Of a stretch of 58,632 nt of DNA, positions 51,850 to 58,632 are shown piece after piece. Location: the NCBI GenBank assembly GCA_900546085.1, contig URBS01000001.1:1-58632 (forward strand). The letters are read 5' to 3'. Source of the DNA: an uncultured Collinsella sp. GTDB lineage: Bacteria; Actinomycetota; Coriobacteriia; Coriobacteriales; Coriobacteriaceae. The notes below the pieces were generated by a model. It made no database searches. It was not told the origin of the DNA and saw only the letters and a list, made by a program, of their open reading frames with translations. The translations under genes and the position numbers were made by a program. Position 1 is the first letter of the stretch, and the number at the start of each line of letters is the position of its first letter.

Positions 51850-52521
51850 ATGACTGTTACTTCACACGCCTCGGATGCCATGGTCGCTATCCCATTTTGG
51901 CTCGAGATGTTCGCCGTTGTCGCGGCATCGATCTCGGGCGTGCTGGTCGCTCGCGAGCACAAGCTCGACCTGGTGGGCGCGGTCGCGCTCGCGGTGGTCT
52001 GCGGTCTGGGCGGCGGTCTTTTGCGCGATATGACGCTCCAGGTCGGCAACGTCTACATCCTCAACCAGCCCATGGCACTACCGCTCTCCATCGCCACAGC
52101 CGCCATCATCTATATCTTCCCGGCAATCGTCGATAAGCCCGAAAAACTCATTCCCCTGCTCGACATCATCTCGGTCGGCATCTATGCAGCAACCGGCGCG
52201 GACAAGGCGTTGGTGTACGGATTTGCGCCCGCCGTATGTATCATGATGGGCTTCTTTACCGCCGTGGGCGGCGGCATGCTGCGCGACGGCTTTATGGGCG
52301 TGGTCCCGGGCATTTTCCAACGCACCAACTTCTATGCCATCGCGGCCATCGCCGGATCGGCAAGCTATGTAGCCCTCGTCATGAGCGGCCTCATGAGCAA
52401 TGTTGCCGCGCTGGTCGTATGCGTTGTGGTGACCATGGGGCTGCGTTGGCTATCACTGCGCTTTGACATTAAAAGCCCTACCGAGGAAGACATCGCGCGC
52501 TTTTTGCACCGTAAAAAGTAG
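51850..52521 (+). CDS. TRIC channel family / UPF0126 (YadS-like) membrane protein
   Basis: Duplicated GGGLLRD / GGGMLRD motifs, about 7 TM helices; start uncertain (TTG 51832 possible). Confidence 0.88.
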   Translation: MTVTSHASDAMVAIPFWLEMFAVVAASISGVLVAREHKLDLVGAVALAVVCGLGGGLLRDMTLQVGNVYILNQPMALPLSIATAAIIYIFPAIVDKPEKLIPLLDIISVGIYAATGADKALVYGFAPAVCIMMGFFTAVGGGMLRDGFMGVVPGIFQRTNFYAIAAIAGSASYVALVMSGLMSNVAALVVCVVVTMGLRWLSLRFDIKSPTEEDIARFLHRKK

Positions 52522-52627
52522 GTAGCACAGCACAACCCCTCGAAATGCAACCGAGAGATTCTTTTAGAGCGCCCGCGCGTTGGGTACCCTGTTAGATACC
52601 TGTCGAGTATCTAACGAAGGATTCACT

Positions 52628-53773
52628 ATGCCTTGCAACCAAGTACCGTCGATCCGGCGCCACAAAGCGCAGGCCCGCATCACCATCCTATTCGCGCTGA
52701 TTGCGCTCGCGCTCACCGCACTTCCCACGGTGTCGTTCGCCGGCACCGACACCGCGGGAAACGTGCTCGCAACCGAAGTTGACTCAACTCCGTCCGGTAT
52801 CGAAGGCGACCTGTACTGGGCCGGCCAAAGTCTCAACCTAGACGACGCCTCCATCGGCCGCGATATTATCGCGGCGGGTGAGAACCTGTCGATTCGCGAT
52901 TGCACCGTAGGCGGCGCCGTTCGTCTGGCGGCACGCACCATCGATATCGCCAAAACCGCAATCGATGGCAGCGTCACGGTGGCCGGCCAGCACGTCGTGC
53001 TCAACACCGGCAGCACCGCCAACTGTTTTTACGCGGCAGGCGAAACGGTCGCCCTGCGCGGCTCCGCCAAATCGGCGGCGCTTGCCGGCGACACCGTAAC
53101 CATCGACGGCACCGTCGATGGCGATGTTGAGGTCTGGGCCGACAAGCTCATCCTGGGTAAAAACGCCCGCATCACCGGCACGGTGAACGCCCACGTCTCA
53201 CAGGACCCCGAGCGGGCCGAGGGCGCCCAGGTCGGAGCTCTCAAGATCGACCGGACCGAGAACGAGAACACCTCTACGGCCAACGACATTATCGGCGGCA
53301 TCGTTGCCGCGGCGCTTTCCACCTGCTTTGTCGCCATCCTGCTTGAGCTTGTCTTTCCACGCGCAACCGCCAGCGCTGCCGGCATGCTCCATCAGCGTCC
53401 CATGCCGCTGTGGGTAAGTGGTCTTCTGGGCACGGTCGCCGTCGCTCCCGCCGTGCTGCTGCTCATCATCTCGATTGCAGGCCTGTCGCTCGCCGCCGCC
53501 CTCATGTGCGGCGTCATCGGCATCGCTTTGGTCTCGGCGGCATTTACGGGCACCGCGGTCGCGCGCATGGTCGGACACAACCAAAACCGCTACGCCATGG
53601 CCGCCGTGGGCGGTATCGTCGCGGGCGCACTCACGGCACTTCCTCTTATGGGCAACTTTGTCAGCGGTGTAGCCTTCGTCTTCACGCTCGGCTACGCCAT
53701 CCAGATCATCTGGCGCAACGCCCACCTCAAGCCGCAGCAGCCGGCTAACACGCCAGGACTCCCCACCGCCTAG
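52628..53773 (+). CDS. Exported beta-helix (bactofilin/polymer-forming-like) domain fused to a multi-TM C-terminus
   Basis: Signal peptide; ~17-aa repeats (IEGDLYWAGQSLNL, IGRDIIAAGENLSI, VGGAVRLAARTIDI, IDGSVTVAGQHVVL); 4-5 C-terminal TM helices. Confidence 0.7.
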   Translation: MPCNQVPSIRRHKAQARITILFALIALALTALPTVSFAGTDTAGNVLATEVDSTPSGIEGDLYWAGQSLNLDDASIGRDIIAAGENLSIRDCTVGGAVRLAARTIDIAKTAIDGSVTVAGQHVVLNTGSTANCFYAAGETVALRGSAKSAALAGDTVTIDGTVDGDVEVWADKLILGKNARITGTVNAHVSQDPERAEGAQVGALKIDRTENENTSTANDIIGGIVAAALSTCFVAILLELVFPRATASAAGMLHQRPMPLWVSGLLGTVAVAPAVLLLIISIAGLSLAAALMCGVIGIALVSAAFTGTAVARMVGHNQNRYAMAAVGGIVAGALTALPLMGNFVSGVAFVFTLGYAIQIIWRNAHLKPQQPANTPGLPTA

Positions 53774-53779
53774 CCGCCA

Positions 53780-53813
53780 ACCACCACAAAAGGGCCAGGC
53801 ACCTTTGTGGTGG
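53780..53813 (+). repeat. REP-like hairpin family A, copy 5
   Basis: ACCACCACAAAAGGGCCAGGCACCTTTGTGGTGG. Confidence 0.8.
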
Positions 53814-53840
53814 CGCAAAGCAACCTGATCCCATTGCACC

Positions 53841-53875
53841 AAAAAGGGCGTCGACCATCGCGGTCGACGCCCTTT
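53841..53875. terminator. Bidirectional terminator downstream of typA
   Basis: AAAAAGGGCGTCGACC...GGTCGACGCCCTTT. Confidence 0.85.
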
Positions 53876-53902
53876 CTTATTGGCGGTTATAAGCCCCAGC
53901 GC

Positions 53903-55741
<1,839 letters not shown>

Positions 55742-55858
55742 GTAGTTCCCCTATCTTCTATCCATATACAAACGGCACGCGTATGCGGCCCGCCCAGCGA
55801 TACAACGCTCAGCGGGAATATTGAGCCTTTTACCGAAAACTCGTTTATTTTAGCGATT

Positions 55859-56308
55859 TTAGATAAGAGGGGTTTCCTCACCTGCAGGTTCAGGGTCGCT
55901 CCACATAAAACCATCGCCGGCGCCCATGCCCTCATACAGCACATATGCCGAAAAACCGCTCTCGAGTGTCGTCTCAAAGAAGCTCACGAGCAGAGCATCG
56001 TGGTAGCCGCCGTCAATCTCGACGCAGCCGGTATAGCCGATGGCATAGCGGACAATACGGCCCAGGCCCTCGTCCTTAAGACCCATCTTGTGCTCGGAGA
56101 TAAAGTTGGTGGCCGCCTCGAGGCACGCCTCCTCGCCATCCTCATCGAGCGCCGCCAGATAACGGTTGGAAGCAGCGTCCTCGATCGCCACAACTACACC
56201 CGGATTCTCGCCGGCGGCAAGGTCGTCCAAGAACGCACCAATCAGGTCACACACCATGGCGTCGAGCTCGGCGGAGACGTTACCGGCGTCCTGCATATCC
56301 TGTGCCAT
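55859..56308 (-). CDS. Hypothetical acidic protein
   Basis: 149-aa ORF with GGAAGG RBS and natural-looking composition, in operon-like position. Confidence 0.7.
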   Translation of the reverse strand: MAQDMQDAGNVSAELDAMVCDLIGAFLDDLAAGENPGVVVAIEDAASNRYLAALDEDGEEACLEAATNFISEHKMGLKDEGLGRIVRYAIGYTGCVEIDGGYHDALLVSFFETTLESGFSAYVLYEGMGAGDGFMWSDPEPAGEETPLI

Positions 56309-56338
56309 CTTTAGACCTTCCCATCGAGTTTGGCGTCG

Positions 56339-56728
56339 TTACAGTTCTTGTGCCTCGGCAGCGATCTTGGCGGCAGCGTCGCGGGCGCGCATCATATCCA
56401 TCGCGCGCTTGTCGAGTACTTTGATCTGGTTGGTCAGCATTACTGCATCGACCACACCCCAGATTACCAAGCCTGTTGAAATCGAAAACCCAAGCGCACC
56501 AACTGTACCACGAAGGCGCGAGCAGATTGCCGCGACAAGGGCGGAGACAACAACCATCTTGATAAACGAGCCGCGGCGCTCGCGAAGCGTGCGGGCCTGC
56601 GTCACATAGGCAATGCGTGCCGCCTCAGAAGCCTCCGAGCGCATCTGGGCCTCGCGCGCAATGGCCGCCGCCTCAGCCGAGATACCGCCGGCCATCAGCG
56701 AACGCTCCGCAACCCGTCCGCCCCGCAT
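56339..56728 (-). CDS. Hypothetical small membrane protein (2 TM)
   Basis: Abuts the upstream DUF151 stop; two hydrophobic segments; start uncertain. Confidence 0.6.
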   Translation of the reverse strand: MRGGRVAERSLMAGGISAEAAAIAREAQMRSEASEAARIAYVTQARTLRERRGSFIKMVVVSALVAAICSRLRGTVGALGFSISTGLVIWGVVDAVMLTNQIKVLDKRAMDMMRARDAAAKIAAEAQEL

Positions 56729-57229
56729 TTAGAAATCATCGGGGGAGAGCGTATGGACGAACTCGTCGAACTTCTCGAACTCCTGCTCGTCGTCGACTTC
56801 CTCGGCGTGGGTGGAAACAGTGCCCAGGCGATTCATGATGTCGTCCTCCACAAACATGGGGGCATTGCTGCGCACGGCAAGGGCAATGGCGTCACTGGGG
56901 CGGGCGTCGATCTTGCGCTCCTCGCCATCGGCCAGTACGACGATCGTCGCGTAGAACACCGGCGGCTCGGCGCGAACGATCTCGATGCGCTCGAGTTTGG
57001 CGCCCAGGGCGTCAACGGTATCGAGCAGCAGGTCATGGGTAATCGGGCGCTCGGCGCGGCCGCTATCGATGCCGCGGCTGATGGCAGCAGCTTCAAACGA
57101 ACCAGTCTGAATGGAAAGGGAACGCAGCGGCGCGGGCGAGTCCGATTTGCTGCTGCGCTCACGAAGCACGATAAGCGATGGCACGGGACCGGCGGCCATG
57201 ACGATGGTCTCTATGTCGACACGAACCAT
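56729..57229 (-). CDS. Bifunctional nuclease (DUF151/BFN) family protein
   Basis: RPITHDLL, FYATI, IDARPSDAIALAVR; GGAGGTG RBS. Confidence 0.9.
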   Translation of the reverse strand: MVRVDIETIVMAAGPVPSLIVLRERSSKSDSPAPLRSLSIQTGSFEAAAISRGIDSGRAERPITHDLLLDTVDALGAKLERIEIVRAEPPVFYATIVVLADGEERKIDARPSDAIALAVRSNAPMFVEDDIMNRLGTVSTHAEEVDDEQEFEKFDEFVHTLSPDDF

Positions 57230-57321
57230 GGAACACCTCCGGTACGTAGCGGTTAACACGCGGCAGCCCGCCGCATTGAATAGCTATACTACCCAATCTT
57301 TCGCCCAGCACACAAAATCAA

Positions 57322-57356
57322 AGTAGTTAATTTGGGACGGGGCTCTTTTGACTACT
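57322..57356 (+). repeat. GGGACGGGG-loop hairpin family C, copy 2
   Basis: AGTAGTTAATTTGGGACGGGGCTCTTTTGACTACT. Confidence 0.7.
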
Positions 57357-57368
57357 CCAGCAGGTAAG

Positions 57369-57400
57369 AAAAAAGCCCCGAGGAAATGCTCGAGGCTCTT
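57369..57400 (-). terminator. Terminator after the tRNA cluster
   Basis: Minus strand GAGCCTCGAG...CTCGGGGCTTTTTT. Confidence 0.75.
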
Positions 57401-57411
57401 CACAGTTTTGA

Positions 57412-57488
57412 TGGTGGACCTGACAAGATTCGAACTTGTGACCTCCCGGTTATCAGCCGGACGCTCTAACCAACTGAGCTACAGGTCC
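57412..57488 (-). tRNA. tRNA-Ile (GAT), Ile2-like body
   Basis: GGACCTGTAGCTCAGTTGGTTAGAGCGTCCGGCT-GAT-AACCGGGAGGTCACAAGTTCGAATCTTGTCAGGTCCACCA. Confidence 0.93.
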
Positions 57489-57492
57489 ATCA

Positions 57493-57568
57493 TGGTGGAG
57501 GTTAGGGGGATCGAACCCCTGACCTCAGGCTTGCAAAGCCCGCGCTCTCCCAGCTGAGCTAATGCCCC
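57493..57568 (-). tRNA. tRNA-Ala (TGC)
   Basis: GGGGCATTAGCTCAGCTGGGAGAGCGCGGGCTT-TGC-AAGCCTG...; G3-U70 present; two acceptor-stem mismatches. Confidence 0.92.
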
Positions 57569-57663
57569 GTATGGGTGGCCATCCGGCCGACACTTCCTGC
57601 TTTAGATATAAATAAACGCTCCACCGGCAAACTCGGCTCACGGTGGAGCGTTTATCGCTAAAA

Positions 57664-57740
<77 letters not shown>

Positions 57741-57758
57741 GCAAAAAAGTGCCTGAAC

Positions 57759-57787
57759 AATATAACGCAGTTCCGGCGAGGGGGCAA
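57759..57787 (-). promoter_or_regulatory. Sigma70-type promoter for the tRNA Ile-Ala-Ile cluster
   Basis: TTGCCC-17 bp-TATATT on the minus strand. Confidence 0.65.
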
Positions 57788-57966
57788 GAACTTTTTTCAG
57801 CGATTTTGAGACATGATGGAGACGGCGTCCAAAGGGCATGTTCCTGGCTGCGCGTCGCACGCTAACCCCTCGACCCGCTCCCCCGCTCGCACGTCGGCCA
57901 GGATGCCGGCCTAGCACGTTGACGTATAATCACCTCGATCCCATCCGCCTACGAGAGGGAGCACCG

Positions 57967-58476
57967 ATGATCCCCGTCACCATCCAAACGCTCATCATGA
58001 CGGCACCGCCTTCGCCCTCGATAATCGTGCTGCAACCCGAGGAGGAGGCGACCCAGCAACGCACGCGGCGCGTCGTGCCGATCTGGATCGGGACGGCGGA
58101 GGCGACGCAGATGGGAATCGCGCTGGAGAAGGCCCGCTTCTCCCGCCCGATGACGCACGACCTTTTCTTGGACGCGCTCACCAACCTCGATGCCCGCATC
58201 GATCACGTCCTCATCAACGAGGTGAAAGGGAACACTTTCTTCGCACGGTTGACGCTGCGCCAGCACGGCCGCCTGATCGAACTCGACGCCCGACCCTCCG
58301 ACGCGCTCTCCCTTGCCATCCGACAGGAGGCCCCCATCTTCATCGACGAGGAGGTGTTGGAAAAGGCGTCCTTCCCCTATGTTTTCCGCAAGAACCCGCA
58401 GGATGAGGAGGAGATCGCCGAGTTCCACGAGTTTTTGGAGAATCTCGCTCCCGAAGATTTCAAAGAGGAGCGCTGA
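57967..58476 (+). CDS. Bifunctional nuclease (DUF151/BFN) family protein, second paralogue
   Basis: VPIWIGTAEA, RPMTHDLF, FFARL, LDARPSDALSLA; GAGGGAG RBS. Confidence 0.92.
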   Translation: MIPVTIQTLIMTAPPSPSIIVLQPEEEATQQRTRRVVPIWIGTAEATQMGIALEKARFSRPMTHDLFLDALTNLDARIDHVLINEVKGNTFFARLTLRQHGRLIELDARPSDALSLAIRQEAPIFIDEEVLEKASFPYVFRKNPQDEEEIAEFHEFLENLAPEDFKEER

Positions 58477-58632
58477 ATCGACGCTCTCGCTCCAACAATG
58501 CGACGTTTTGCGTAGGCCGACCGCCTTTCGAAGCGCGATCCTTCCTGCATAGATCGCTCCCTCGCAAAGAAGCTCCTGGTCAGCGAGTTCCCTCACTCCA
58601 GTAGCACCCCTCGGTGGGATCACCGCCTACGC

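Noticed and set aside
58510..58632. GTAG-type REP element (GCGTAGGC...GCCTACGC) at the window end
   Set aside because: Only an 8-bp inverted match, truncated by the window edge, with no second copy seen.

Overview
High-GC bacterial chromosomal segment, probably from a gut Coriobacteriia member (Collinsella-like; inferred from gene repertoire, the 12-TM LuxR regulator and LAxTG anchors). Most genes lie on the minus strand. Core content: pth, nfnAB-like oxidoreductase, polar amino-acid ABC transporter, yqeY, prsA-like PPIase, purNMF, purE, purD, purA, carAB, dnaB-rplI-rpsR-ssb-rpsF, typA and five tRNAs (Ser-GGA, Ser-CGA, Ile-GAT x2, Ala-TGC). Accessory content: a large GH31 (likely alpha-N-acetylgalactosaminidase) and a locus at 3.4-14.6 kb. 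In that locus a membrane-embedded LuxR regulator sits divergently from two unrelated cell-wall-anchored proteins built like cassettes. Both have the same upstream palindrome (TAGGTTC-N8-GAACCTA-N4-TCTACCTG), a near-identical anchor tail, and a downstream ~80-bp-period hairpin array plus REP-like hairpin. Other unexplained structure: hairpins with variable stems but a conserved GGGAC(A/G)GG loop, an element starting with an exact inverted copy of the tRNA-Ser 3' end, an Ile2-like tRNA body with a GAU anticodon, and two DUF151 paralogues bracketing a tRNA cluster. No CRISPR array, integrase or transposase was seen. All calls are by eye, without database searches.
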